DNA of 64,000 nucleotides from Macrostomum lignano (lineage: Eukaryota): positions 124,001 to 188,000 of the forward strand of contig NIVC01001533.1 in NCBI GenBank assembly GCA_002269645.1, in the 5' to 3' direction. The first letter of the stretch is position 1, and each line of letters begins with the position of its first letter. Below, piece after piece: positions 36,101 to 48,741 of the stretch. The notes beneath the pieces are model-generated. The model saw only the letters and a list, made by a program, of their open reading frames with translations, searched no databases and was not told where the DNA came from. A program made the translations under genes and the position numbers.

Positions 36101-39100
36101 CAAAGCAAACCGGTTTCCATGGAATGTCTATGGCTAAACCTCAAAGCAAACCTGGTTTCCAAGGAATGTCTATGGCTAAACCTCAAAGCAAACTTGGCTT
36201 CCAAGGAATGTCTATGGCTAAACCTCAAAGCAAACTTGGTTTCCAAGGAATGTCTATGGCTAAACCTCACAGCAAACCTGGTTTCCAAGAAATGTCTATG
36301 GCAAAACCTCAAAGCAAACCTGGTTTCCAAGAAACGTCTATGGCCAAACCTCAAAGCAAACCGGTTTCCATGGAATGTCTATGGCAAAACCTCAAAGCAA
36401 ACCCGGTTTCCAAGAAATATCTATGGTCAAACCTCAAAGCAAACCGGTTTCCATGGAATGTCTATGGCAAAACCTCAAAGCAAACTTGGTTTCCAAGAAA
36501 CGTCTATGGCCAAACCTCAAAGCAAACCGGTTTCCATGGAATGTCTATGGCAAAACCTCAAAGCAAACCCGGTTTCCAAGAAATGTCTATGGTCAAACCT
36601 CAAAGCAAACCCGGTTTCCAAGAAATGTCTATGGTCAAACCTCAAAGCAAACCGGTTTCCATGGAATGTCTATGGCAAAACCTCAAAGCAAACCCGGTTT
36701 CCAAGGAATGTCTATGGCAAAACCTCAAAGCAAACCGGTTTCCATGGAATGTCTATGGCAAAACCTCAAAGCAAACTTGGTTTCCAAGAAACGTCTATGG
36801 CCAAACCTCAAAGCAAACCGGTTTCCATGGAATGTCTATGGTCAAACCTCAAAGCAAACCCGGTTTCCAAGAAATGTCTATGGTCAAACCTCAAAGCAAA
36901 CCCGGTTTCCAAGAAATGTCTATGGTCAAACATAAAAAAAAAGGTTTCCATGGAATGTCTATGGCAAAACCTCAAAGCAAACCCGGTTTCCAAGGAATGT
37001 CTATGGCAAAACCTCAAAGCAAACCCGGTTTCCAAGAAATGTCTATGGTCAAACCTCAAAGCAAACCGGTTTCCATGGAATGTCTATGGCTAAACCTCAA
37101 AGCAAACTTGGTTTCCAAGAAATGTCTATGGTCAAACCTCAAAGCAAACCGGTTTCCATGGAATGTCTATGGCAAAACCTCAAAGCAAACTTTGTTTCCC
37201 AAAAGCCCAAATTTTTACCTGAAAGGTGAGCTCGTGCAGCAGCGGAGTGACGGGATCGGCCCCCCTGTCCAGCACAATCAGCAGGCTGCGATCCTTCTGC
37301 GGCCCCTCGCCCATGGAGGGATCGTCAGCTTTGTACTGCTCCAGCTTGAAGTTGATAGCGTTGGCGAACTGATGGTTGGTCTCGTTGAATGCCCGGTAGC
37401 GAATAGTGGGAAATTCGCCTAGCGAGGCGCAAAGGGTGGCGATCTGCTCGGCGATGCGGTCCAGGTGCTGCGCTTTGCCAGCCTGGTTGCCAAGGAAATA
37501 ATGGAAAATCGTGTCCGGACTATCCAGACTGAACACCTGGCTCTCGTACGGCAGGAAAGCGATGTTGATCTCTTTCAGAGTCTTAATAAACTTGCTAGTT
37601 GGACTTTTGCACAGCTCGCTAAACAGGTCGTCTGGACAGGCCTCGGTGAAGAACACGTGAGCGGCGCGGTATTGCATTCGGACCCCGCTGAAGTCCGCCA
37701 TCAGCAGCTGGACAGATTCGCGGGTCGGCTGCAACAAATAAATTGCTTCTAGGGGCAGTGGTTCGCGTTTCTTGGACACGTCCTCCACCAGGGTGATGCC
37801 CTCGGACATGATCTCGTGCATGCGGCAGCAGGCGCTGATCATGCGCATTGACAGCTTGTCCACGATCAGCACCTTCCAGTCGCCCTCCTTCTTCAGCGAG
37901 TGGATCACCTCGCGCATGATTTCTGGTGGGGGATGGGAATCGAAATTCAATGCTTTGGTGTGGAGTTAAGGATTAGTCTCGGACATATATGAGCACAGGT
38001 GATTGGAAACTATTCATAGTACAAGGATCTGGGAATACCGCAGATCTACAGTACGGCCCCTCGCAGATCTATGAGGGGTGGAACATTGCAGATTTACAGT
38101 ATGAGGATTGGAATATTGCAGATTTACAGTATGAGGATTGGAATATTGCAGATTTACAGTTACAGTATGAGGATTGGAATATTGCAGATTTAAAGTACAG
38201 GGATTTCTTGGGAATACAGCCGATCTGCAATATGAGGTTCTAGAATATTTCAGATTTATAAATATAAAGATCTGAGGATTAAGGAATATTGCAGATCTAT
38301 AGTATGAGGATCTGGGAATACTGCAGATCTACAGTATGAGGATCTGGGAATACTGTAGATCTACAGTATGAGGATCTGGGAATACTGCAGATCTACAGTA
38401 TGAGGATCTGGGAATACTGCAGATCTACAGTATGAGGATCTGGGAATACTACAGATCTACAGTATGAGGATCTGGGAATACTGCAGATCTACAAGTATGA
38501 GGATCTGGGAATACTGTAGATCTACAGTATGAGGATCTGGGAATACTACAGATCTACAGTATGAGGATCTGGGAATACTACAGATCTACAGTATGAGGAT
38601 CTGGGAATACTGCAGATATACAGTATGAGGATCTTGGAATACTACAGATCTACAGTATGAGGATCTGGGAATACTGCAGATCTACAGTATGAGGATCTGG
38701 GAATACTGCAGATCTACAGTATGAGGATCTGGGAATACTGCAGATCTACAGTATGAGGATCTGGGAATACTGCAGATCTACAGTATGAGGATCTGGGAAT
38801 ACTGCAGATCTACAAGTATGAGGATCTGGGAATACTGTAGATCTACAGTATGAGGATCTGGGAATACTACAGATCTACAGTATGAGGATCTGGGAATACT
38901 GCAGATCTACAGTATGAGGATCTGGGAATACTACAGATCTACAGTATGAGGATCTGGGAATACTGTAGATCTACAGTATGAGGATCTGGGAATACTGCAG
39001 ATATACAGTATGAGGATCTTGGAATACTACAGATCTACAGTATGAGGATCTGGGAATACTGCAGATCTACAGTATGAGGATCTGGGAATACTGCAGATCT

Positions 39101-41060
39101 ACAGTATGAGGATCTGGGAATACTGCAGATCTACAATGTGAGGATCTGGGAATATGCAGATCTACAGTATAAGGATCTGGGAATACTGCAGATCTACAGC
39201 ATGAGGATCTAGGAATACTGCAGATCTATAGTATAAGGATCTGGGAATACTGCAGATCTGCAATGTGAGGTTCTAGAATATTTTAGATCTATAATATAAA
39301 GATATATGAGGATTAAGGAATATTGCAGATCTATAGTATCCATATAATAAAAATGGTAAGGAACTAAGAATGCCATTTTATAATTTGAAGTTAGAATACT
39401 GATTGTTGCTTTTTAGTTAAATATTTTTTCTAGCATTCTTACAATGCATTTCAAGTTGAAAGAGCTGCTTGACATTTGCAAAAAAGCATGTTTTTTAAAC
39501 ATTTAATCACTTTAATATTGAGCAATTTCTTAGCTAAGAAATATGTGCTGTCATTGGAAAACTTCTAATCAAACAATGCAAGTTTGAAGAAAATTGGTTG
39601 AACCATTTTTGTTAAAATTGATCACATATACATGCATATATAGATAGACAATTTTTGGTGTATAGTGGATAAATAAATAATATAACTAAATATTAAGTTT
39701 GTATCATTTTAAAGCATGGAAAGGTTTTGTAGCTTTTAATAAATTCTTTATGATTTATTTAAAATAATGCTTCTAAGTTTTATAATTTCTGAACAATTTT
39801 ATTTATAGAACTATAAGAATAGCCTTTAAATATAAGTACTACTTGTTAAATTTTATAAAAAAGATAAATATATATCACAATTTGGCATAATAATTTATAA
39901 ATATCTTAATATTTATTATTAGAAAACTAGACTTCAAAAACAAAAATGATTTGAATAAAAATATATATAATACTATAAAGGTTTTTTATAATTAATAAAT
40001 TTAATTATATATAGTATATAAAAATTCTTAGTTATAAATTAAATTTTTATAGACAAATAAAACTGAGCAATTTGGCAATAACACTGTATCTTGTTGACTC
40101 TAATCTGGTAAAAATAATGCAAAATAAATTCCAATAAGCCCTTAATATTATTGTTATTAGTAAGATTTTTGAAAGTGAAATACCTAAGTTTGTATTATAT
40201 CTACAATATGGACTTGGCGGCAATCTTCAAGTTTCGTTCGTTAAATTATTTTTTCAATGATTTCTAAACTATCTTGCTCTGAGATGATTATTTTTGAGCT
40301 CTCCAGTGTACCCAGCCCTTTCCTAGCTGAAAAAGTAGCAGCTTTGTTAATATTAACCTCTAAGGTACTGTAAAGCCGTTGGTAGGCAAAGGAATGTCTA
40401 TGGCCCATATTACGGTAACGTAATGATGACGTGGCTTTCACTGATGTGGCATTTTAGCAAAGAACATCTATGGGGAATAAAGATGCTACTGTACGCAGCT
40501 TTAGGAGTGGCATGGAGTAATATCATCAGCAGTTAATAGACAAGCAGCTAATACACTATAAGACACTAATACACTACATGTTAGCTTTGCTTGTTTGCAT
40601 CTTATATTTCTAGCTTTATGGTACCTTAGAGGTTAATATTAACAAAGCTGCTACTTTCTCAGCTAGGAAAGGGCTGGGTACACTGGAGAGCTCGAAAATA
40701 ATCATCTCAGAGCAAGATAGTTTAGAAATCATTGAAAAAATAATTTAATGAACAAAACTTGAAGATTGCCTACTTGGCTACTATGACTTGGGTATACCTT
40801 TGACTGGCTAACTTTATTTATTTAAATTGAATTTAAATATCTTGAGTTAAAAAATACCTGAATAACTGAATTTAACCAACTAATAATTCTACTACAACAT
40901 TATGCTATGTTTTCTAAATAGGCCCTAGTTCTTTAATCATAAGAAATCAAAGTAATTAAATATATAAAATTATATATATTTAACCCCTAACAAAAATGAA
41001 AAAACACAAAAACTTAATAATTGACTACTTACTCGATGCAACAGCCGATTTAAGAGCCAT
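30176..41060 (-). CDS. unc-18: Sec1/Munc18 family syntaxin-binding protein (unc-18/Rop/STXBP1-like), 617 aa. Exons 41033-41060, 37219-37922, 32560-32907, 31532-31834, 30176-30646
   Basis: MALKSAVAS|[33 protein letters not shown]; [17 protein letters not shown]; PLLHELTFQ|[14 protein letters not shown]; [19 protein letters not shown]; LCK|VEQDLAMG; YQLSRWTP; [23 protein letters not shown]. All introns are GT-AG and the phases close (1854 nt). Confidence 0.95.
30705..31441. repeat. 33-bp minisatellite GGCAGGTGTGTACATAGGATGGGGGATGGTCAT in Munc18 intron 4
   Basis: Directly visible, about 22 copies. Confidence 0.95.
31950..32475. repeat. 20-bp minisatellite GGGGCGGATTAGGGCTAGCA in Munc18 intron 3
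   Basis: Directly visible, about 25 copies. Confidence 0.95.
32930..34250. repeat. 20-bp two-variant minisatellite (GAATTACGATGCCATTTTTG / GATTCGCAATGCAACTTTTG) in Munc18 intron 2
   Basis: Directly visible, about 65 copies in strict 20-bp register. Confidence 0.97.
34760..35740. repeat. 30-bp minisatellite GAAATCAAGCAACTGGAAATCACGTGACCT in Munc18 intron 2
   Basis: Homogeneous core with degenerate edges. The unit is a dimer of two GAAATCA-led 15-mers. Confidence 0.97.
36078..37190. repeat. 41-42 bp minisatellite GAATGTCTATGGCAAAACCTCAAAGCAAACC(C)GGTTTCCA in Munc18 intron 2
   Basis: Directly visible, about 27 copies. Confidence 0.97.
38222..39340. repeat. 32-bp minisatellite GATCTACAGTATGAGGATCTGGGAATACTGCA in Munc18 intron 1, bracketed by an ~80-bp diverged direct repeat
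   Basis: Tandem units are visible. The block GATCTGCAAT.TGAGGTTCTAGAATATTT.AGAT.TATAA...GAGGATTAAGGAATATTGCAGATCTATAGTAT occurs at ~38222-38303 and ~39255-39339. Confidence 0.95.
40219..40770. mobile_element. 552-bp non-autonomous DNA transposon-like element with 158-bp TIRs in Munc18 intron 1
   Basis: Arms 40219-40376 and 40613-40770 are near-perfect reverse complements (GGCAATCTTCAAGTTT...TAAAGC). Flanks GACTTGGC / TACTTGGC look like an 8-bp TSD with one mismatch. Confidence 0.8.
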
Positions 41061-41739
41061 ATTTAACTCTATGATAATGGGATCAGATAACCAACAAGAG
41101 AGAACAACAAATTTGCAGAAAATTCGGGTTCTAAAAAAATGTTTATCACATTCAAATGTGTGCAATTTGACTTAGTAAAACTAAGTCATACTAATATATA
41201 TTATCTATCACATTAAAACGCATCAAAAGCAACTAACATCACTCTTAATTTTTTATAGTATTTTATTAGCGCACTAGGAGGAGAACTCGTTAAATTTAAT
41301 CTATTTGTCATTACATGGTCAAGGACGCGACTTATCAACTATCGTCAAACTAATATATGATTTTGCAGTTAATCCCAATACCTACAGGGATTGCTGCAAG
41401 GCCTATGACCACCTATGACCAGTCTTCTGGAGCACTTTGGCTTTGAGGCGAACTAAAAAGTGCACCCTGCTTTCTTGTCAGGATTTGATCTTCCTGGCTG
41501 TTCGAATTCAGAGACATGTCGCAGGCTTGTCTCTTCTTTCAGAAAAGCTGCATTAGCTGCGAGAGTTGCTCACTGACTGTCTTTCCGCTAGACAAGTCTA
41601 CTTCTTTCGTGCGTCGCCATTCCGGGAAGTTGAGCTGTTTTTTTCAGGTGTAGCAACAAATTCGCATGCTCTTTTGCTCCATAATCGAGTTTACCGCGAG
41701 AAGCCAAGCTGTGGGAGATCACCGCGAGTGCGCATTTAC

Positions 41740-42000
41740 GAGAGTTTTCGGCAACTTCTGCAATGGTGAGTTGCTACCACAATCACCTGATCTGGCCCGT
41801 CTGGCTGTGGAGATTGACGTCTGCATCAGTGGCTATTCTATCAGTTATCAACTATTTTCAGCATTCGCTGCTTCCGCGATTGTTTTTTCGTGGATTTTGC
41901 CTCAGTCATGGACGGCTTCTTTGGTCGATATGCACATCAGTTACAAGGAGGCTGCCATCGCTTCTCTCACTTTGCTGCGGTTTCGTGACGGCTTCATCAG
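41740..42000 (+). pseudogene. Decayed DIRS-type RNase H-like fragment
   Basis: FGNFCNG...LAVEIDVCISG...W...W....HISYKEAA follows the order of DIRS RNase H motifs (F..FNG, TDAS..G, W, HI..LE). No intact ORF. Confidence 0.45.
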
Positions 42001-42699
42001 GCCCAGGTGGTTAATTTCTACAGCAACAAATAAGCGGCTGTCCGAATGCTCAACCGTGGCTCTGCTAAGTGTCCCATCATGAATATCATTCTGATGCAGG
42101 CCTGGTCTATATGTAGCAAAAGATCAACTTCAAGGTCTTTTGCCTGCCCTCGGTTTTTTCCTTTCCCCTCGGTTTAACTAATTTTTCGTTGATAACTCGA
42201 TCCGCCCAGTCTGTATGCTATGAGAATAAAGGGCTGATATTGCTGATGTAGAAGAGAGGCTGAGGCTCTGTAGCTGAGTGTAGTAAACAATCCTTGAGAT
42301 AATTATTAGCAGTAGGTTTTGATGGGTTTCGACCTTCGGGCTCCTTGTTAGGGAAGCCTTCGGGCCTCAGGCTCAGAAATAAATCAATTAGAGACCTGGC
42401 CCCCACTCCTGTCAGATGGTCAGCCCCATGGTAGCTTGATCGTGTGGCGAGCAGTCTAGGTCCTATAGCTAAGAGAGGGACAGCGAGAGACGAGCAGGGA
42501 GAATTTTGAAAGTAGAAATTAGCTAATCCGCAGATCAACTAACTTGCTGCTACCAGCCCGTGCGCCCTGGCTCACCACACCGGGACTCTCGAAATCGGGC
42601 TTCCGACTAGAAGGGGCTTTGCACTTACCTGCCAACTAGTGTCTTTTTGCTGTCAATCTCGAAGTCATAGCCGATGATAAGGGACACTGCTGGGACTAG

Positions 42700-43030
42700 A
42701 TCGCGTTGGCCATGCAGGTACAGAGGGGACTTGTGCAGGGGATTCTTGCGGTGGCGAGTCTATGGGGTAGCTACATGTACTATTACATTGCTAAATACGA
42801 AGATATGTACTTTTAGCCTTCAACGCGCCAACTAGCCTCTCATAGCGCTGATGATAGGCTAACTCGAACTTCAGAGACCGCATGATTCATTTACCCGAGC
42901 CGCTTGGCTACCCTAGAGTGCACAAAGTACATCTCTGGCGCCGATTCTGCACTTTTGGCAGTTTTGCTCACTGATTTGATAGATTGGTCGACTGAGAACT
43001 GCCTTGCCATTGGTCCACTGTGACCGGCGC
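42700..43030 (+). pseudogene. Decayed non-LTR RT fragment
   Basis: QRGLVQGILAVASLWGSYM...*...LASHSADDRL then LLTDLIDWSTENCLAI; a degenerate GxPQG / YADD / W..N.L motif series with a stop. Confidence 0.5.
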
Positions 43031-44009
43031 CTACTAGCTTAGCTACTCATCTGAGCCATCGGCGAACAAAGAAATAAAGCCGACAAAGATAACTGTTAGA
43101 TTTAACCTTCTCCTTAGTTCACTTCACACTTTAGATTGAATTGGAGTCTTAGACTACTAGCAGTATTATTGAATGATTCCTGCCTCAGCAACAGCACTAC
43201 TGAACAAAATGAGCAAAAGTGTGCGCCTAATTCAGCTACTGCAACAGGGGACAGAAAAGGGATCACCCAATCAAGCAAGTCTAGGTAGCCTCTCACCCAA
43301 CCAATCAGAAACTCAACAGCCGGAGACCAGGTATTCCACAGTGACCGAATCGGCTCGATGCTCTGCAGCTGTAGACTCGGGATGATGCTGTCACAATCTT
43401 CGCTGTTAGCTAGCAGGTGATGCTCTTAACTGGATGTTCGCTGCTGTCGGCCGGGGGACTCGTCCTTGATGATGATGGGGGAAGTTGCAATCCGGGGATC
43501 AAGAAACGACGGTCGTGCTCCGGGAACCAGAAGTTGCGCGCTGGGCCCGAGCCAAAGTAAGAAGAAGTTGCCTCCGAGCGGGCCAAAAACTCCGGTTTAA
43601 ATAGCCGCCAACTGGACCGCAGTTTGTTATAACGGAACACGTCGATTCTGATTGGCTGAGCCGTTTTGTTAAAATGAGCGCCGAATTTTCTGATTGGCTA
43701 AGCTCGTTGCTACCCAGAATCACGTGACCGAGAGATCCTATCAGTTCCCACAGGGTCGTAAAAAGATGACAGGTGCGGCCATAAATCACTCAAAATCGCA
43801 ACAAAATGATTTATGACTTTTCGCGTAGGATTGACAGAAATTAATGAAAAAATATACATTAGAAAGCTCTTATTAAATAGAAAGTGAAGATAATGAAGAG
43901 AAATCGCTAATCGCTAATCCCAAGGTACTTTTAGGGGTAAAACGCATAGCTGTCAAAGCTGTCACACGCTTGAGTGAATCCGAACAATAGGCTCTGACCT
44001 CATAAATCT

Positions 44010-44600
44010 TGATGGCCTGTCAAAATGATGAGAAAAAAGCTACCGCCCGCATCCTCTCAGACCATCTGGCGCCCGCTTCAACACTGAGTGAGGCGCAGGT
44101 GGCTGTCAGATCAGCTTCGAAAGCGATGATTTATGACCCAAAAAGCTGCGCCTATGTTATTATGACTACTAGTATGGCCAGACATTATATCTAGTATAGA
44201 TTCTATGAAAATTCGCAGAAAAAGGATAAAAATGCCCACTGCCCACTGTTAGTAGGCAAGTAAGTTTAGAGCCCATGTGCAAGCGCGGGATTTGGGAAAA
44301 AGTGCGTCCTCATCAGTTTAATTAATTGTAGAAATACTTATTAGCCAGACCGCATCAGATGAAACGTGAGGTCCTGAGACGTTTACTTAACAGCAGACAT
44401 GCATGCAAGCCCATTTGAGGAGAAAACTTATCTATCTACTTAGCACCATGCAGAGCTCCACGGGGAATCACTTTGAAAGGCAATGCGATCTCGCACCCTA
44501 GGCGAAAGAATTCCCCTGTGTAAAAGTCCCCGCTCCAGCATTAGTCTGGGCTTTTCAATTGATACCTCGCATACAGTCCCTTAGTTAGATCAGCCGGGCT
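44010..44600 (-). pseudogene. Possible highly decayed Ty3/gypsy RT remnant
   Basis: Across frames on the minus strand, and in the expected order: SDSPWSS, IN*TDEDALFP, LDIMSGH, AAFW. Weak. Confidence 0.25.
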
Positions 44601-46079
44601 AAGCTGGAAGTGCCCTTAAATCTTTTCCCGTAGCTGCCCTGGAAGTCTCGTCTCATTAGCAGGAGTGTCCCTGGGTGTACTTTTGCGCAGACGACTGACT
44701 GGTGTTGGCGGCGCATATTTGGCGGCGGACCTTCAAACACCCCGGGCTACTAGTTTAGCATTGGTACCTTGGTCAATCCGTCACACTACAAGCTACCCAA
44801 TATTAACTGAGGTGAATTTTCCTAGCGGCCGTACATATCTACATATCGGCGCTATAATTAACCGAAGCCGACGCAAGCATAGCCTCGGGGGTTACAAAAA
44901 TTACATTTGAATGAGCATGTATAGCGGCTTTGGCCGAATTTTAGATCGTAGTTCGGTATTCGTCTAGCACATCTACCTGTAGTAACAGTTTTACAGTACA
45001 GTAACTCAGGTTTCTCTTTTAGGACAGCTTCGAGGGACAGGTACTCGCCATCTGAGCTCAACTGGGTAACTGCTCGTAGGTAAGTGGCTAACACGCTAGC
45101 TTTATTGCCCTCCTAGCGTATATCTAAGATGTTTTACCGAGGCGATGGGCTGTTAGGCCAGTGGTAGTCCGGTTGCTAGCGCTTCCTTTTCGGTGGCTGG
45201 TCTGGGGGAGTCAGTCAGTCGGGGACCCAGCTCGCGCGCAACGAGTACTCGTTGTCCCCTGATCTTTGACCTATTCTGGTAACTTCAATGAGACTGATCT
45301 AGATACCATCGGAAAATCTGACTCAGCCGCTCCAGACGCTGCCACTGGTAGCTTCCATGCTGCCTGCTCAGAGACTGCTGACAAATCCCAGCAAGTTGAC
45401 GAGAACGCGGCGACGAATGAAGTGATGAGAGGAGAATCAGGGCTGACGAACGGAGAATCAGTCGATGAATCAGCTTGAGGAATGGAAACTCGAACAGGAA
45501 AGGGTATTGACAACTTAACGAATCTTGCAGATAAATGAGCCCGAATTTCTTTTGCTTAGAAGATCTGATGAACGGTCTTCGATTCCAGTCTTTTTAAAAG
45601 CATTCCAGTCTTTTTAATCGACAAACTTTCTAGGTTATTTTTAGTTCGATATCAAATTTAAAAAATGACAAAGAAAACGGATTTAAGAAATAGCTATTTG
45701 ACGTAGCTTGATGTAGATAAAGTTAAATTACCACTGACTAGAGCGGAAGGCCCAAACAAGTTTGTTTATTTGACATCCAAAAAGGAGGGTTGAGTGCAAT
45801 TGGAGGCGCGATTGAGGAAAGATGTAAGATTAGAGAGCCAATCAGAAGCCAGCAAAAGGGAGAGAGATGAGATAAGAACCAGAAGTTAAACAGAGATAAA
45901 AACAGTAAACAGAGTGACGATGGCAGCTGAAATCAAGATTCGTAGCTCGTATGAGTCAGATAACTAAGAAATTCGCGACAGGTTGCAAGGAATTTGACAG
46001 GGGTCCTTCGTGCTAGAGATGCACTCTCGCGCCTTTTTCGTTGGATCCTGTATTGTAGTTCATATATGATCAGGCACTG

Positions 46080-47520
46080 AACTGCTACGACACACCTGGG
46101 CCATCAACGGACGGTAACCGTCAGCAACGACAAGCCCTTAGGATGGCGTCCTAAGCCCAGTTCTCTGGAATATGATCATTGATGAGCTTCTACAGAATGT
46201 TCACCTCGACCCGTGACATCTGGCCCGTCGCCTGAAACATTACATGTAGGTTAGGAAACAAAAACCCAGTATATACTCAGCAACAGCTACGACCCCCCCC
46301 CCCTAACAGACACTGTCACGCGGAACAACAGTTAAGCTATGTCTTTAATGCTTGTTTCAGTATAGTGCGTAGGCACCACGAGCATGCATGCAAAAGTCCC
46401 GTTACGATCGTTGTGATATCCTAATCACCAGCCGGTTGATGAACTCTTGGGAATTGGGGCAGCTGCTGCCAGGCATTCAGAATCGCTTGTCGCTTTACGA
46501 AGTCCTAGACATGCTCGATGGGGTTCATGTCGGGAGAGAGTTTGACGGCCTGATTAATGTGCGAATTGCGTTAGCGCACCCCCCCTCCCAGTTCCTTTAT
46601 ATCGCACTTTGCGCTGGCGTCTGTCGGCGGGGGCAGCCTTCGTACATTTCAAAATCATCGATGGCATGCAAAACTTTTGGGCCGAATGGCAGCGTGAGGT
46701 TAAAGGGGGAGGGGGTTGAGCTGGTATTGAGTCCATTACGCTGAACGATGGGCGTACAGGTTTGATAGCGAAGTCCCTGAGACTAACCCCTCCCCGGCGA
46801 TCATGTTCACCAGCCGAGTAAAAAATGGCATGTTCGCACACTCGAGCTTTACAGAGCGGAAATTCCCCTCGGCAAACCCGTTGTATGTCTAGTCATCAGC
46901 CTTTTACACTACAGGAGACTCTCTAGCGTTTTCCAGAATTAAGTCGTCGCATCAGCAGATGTCCAGCGGAGCTGTGCTTGCAGGATTGTCAAGGGTATCA
47001 GATAGGAGTGTTTTCTTCTACTCCGATAGCAAGACTGCTCTGCAAGCCCTTTCTAATACTCAACCAACTGGCACAGAGATACACAGTCCAGCTGGTTCCC
47101 CAGACACGCGTGCTACATGGGAAACGATCTCCCGCAAACTCCCTTCCTAAGAGAGAAGCTTGTTCGCTTCTCGGCCCCGTGTGCTGGTTCCCCATCCCTT
47201 CCGCAATTATCGACCGACAAATCAAAGGACTTGGGTGGAAATTCTCCACAGGTGCAGATGACAGAGCATCTCCAACTGCCGCTAATTCCCAGCCGAGTAC
47301 TCAATCCCTCTCGCAAGCAAACTGCAGAGAATCCTTCCAAACCAAAAATCGGAACAGACGCACAGCCGGCAGCCGGAACAAACTATACGCTCGTACTTTT
47401 TCTGCAATTACTGCTCGGTCTTCAACCGAGACCGGCTTTAACACCTTGGGCTTAACCCATCAGTCGATGAAGCGTACCAGCCCGAGAACATTCCTGCACG
47501 TCCTTCTTCCCTACAGAGGA
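46080..47520 (+). mobile_element. Decayed non-LTR retrotransposon with an RNase H domain (R1/LOA/I-like)
   Basis: GVLSPVLWNMIIDELLQ at ~46145-46195 (RT); VFFYSDSKTALQAL at ~47010-47050 and VQLVPRHACYMGND at ~47085-47130 (RNase H SDS and WVPGH..GNE motifs); multiple frameshifts. Confidence 0.7.
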
Positions 47521-48741
47521 ACATGATTACAGACTGGCAGACCTCCCTCTGTCCCCTCGTCCAGCCCATTCGGATGCGGGCTCTTCAGGGATTAGCGATA
47601 TAGGCAACGCTCCTCTCCTTGACGTCATCGGACCGCCCTGTGGATGAGTTAAGTAGGTAGTGCCAATATTACTCGATAATCTAAGCAAATCTGGCTTCAT
47701 CCATCATATTATCGATCTGATATCCATATAAACTCTATCTATCAGAACTTCTGAGAGCTTGGCTTCTAAAAGTACACTCATGACACGAGGAAGCTCACTT
47801 CAGAGGCGACTCACTTAAACTACGAGCTATATGAACGCTCATCTCGAGAGCTCACCAGGCAGATGGCCGGGCATGGGTTCGTATGCTGTCGAACAAAATA
47901 AACGAAAGATAGCTACAGACTGAAAAGGCTCTACACTGCCGATATTTCACTCGTAAATCAATCTGCAATAAATTAAACAAAATCTTAGAAACAGACCGTT
48001 GGCAACAGTGACAGAATATTGACAGGAAATTTTCTGTCCAAGCGGGGCTTAAAACCCCACCTACTGCTTTATTGATATTGGAAAGACAGAAAAGGGTGAA
48101 ATAAAGCTAATTCTAATTTCAGCTGCAGCTGTTCCTAGGAACAAGAATCTAGAGGGTTCCTACTCTAATCCAATCGGAAACTTTGACTTGCAGAACTGCT
48201 TAGCCGGTCGGCTTTTCCTGCAATTTTCATGAAGCTGAATAATCTTAAAATCCCTTAAGCCTGCGTTGAAAAAGTCGTATTACTGCGCGGATTAGCACGG
48301 GAAAATATTGAATTTCCTTGTCGAACTTGCGCAGCGGATGAAGCTGACAGGAGCAGGTATCTTGATTAAATTGCAATTTAGATTTTCGAATGCAATTTCG
48401 GCACCACAGACGTCTTAAGCTTCTGTCTGTTTACAGATTTGGAACCTATGCAAAACAGCTGCCGAATTTCAAGTCGCTGAAGCAGTCGAGAGGCGTGCGG
48501 ATTCTGAAAGCAAAAAAGAGCGGCATCCCTATTTGTTAGCCAAATTAGAAGGCGCTGTTTTTGAGGTCCTGCACCGCCGGTGCTACAAGCGCTAGATTCA
48601 GAGACTATAGCTAAATGAAAAATCAAGTCAGCTTCTTTGACTTTTCTCTTTGATTCTTTCCCGCAAGCAGCAATCTCGAATGAAATGGCAAGTAAGGGAC
48701 CGCCCCCCCCCCTGGCGCCCCATCACCAGCTGATTTGGCGT

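Noticed and set aside
32883-37422. Long repetitive ORFs of 260-432 aa
   Set aside because: They lie in Munc18 intron 2 and come from stop-free satellite units readable in all frames.
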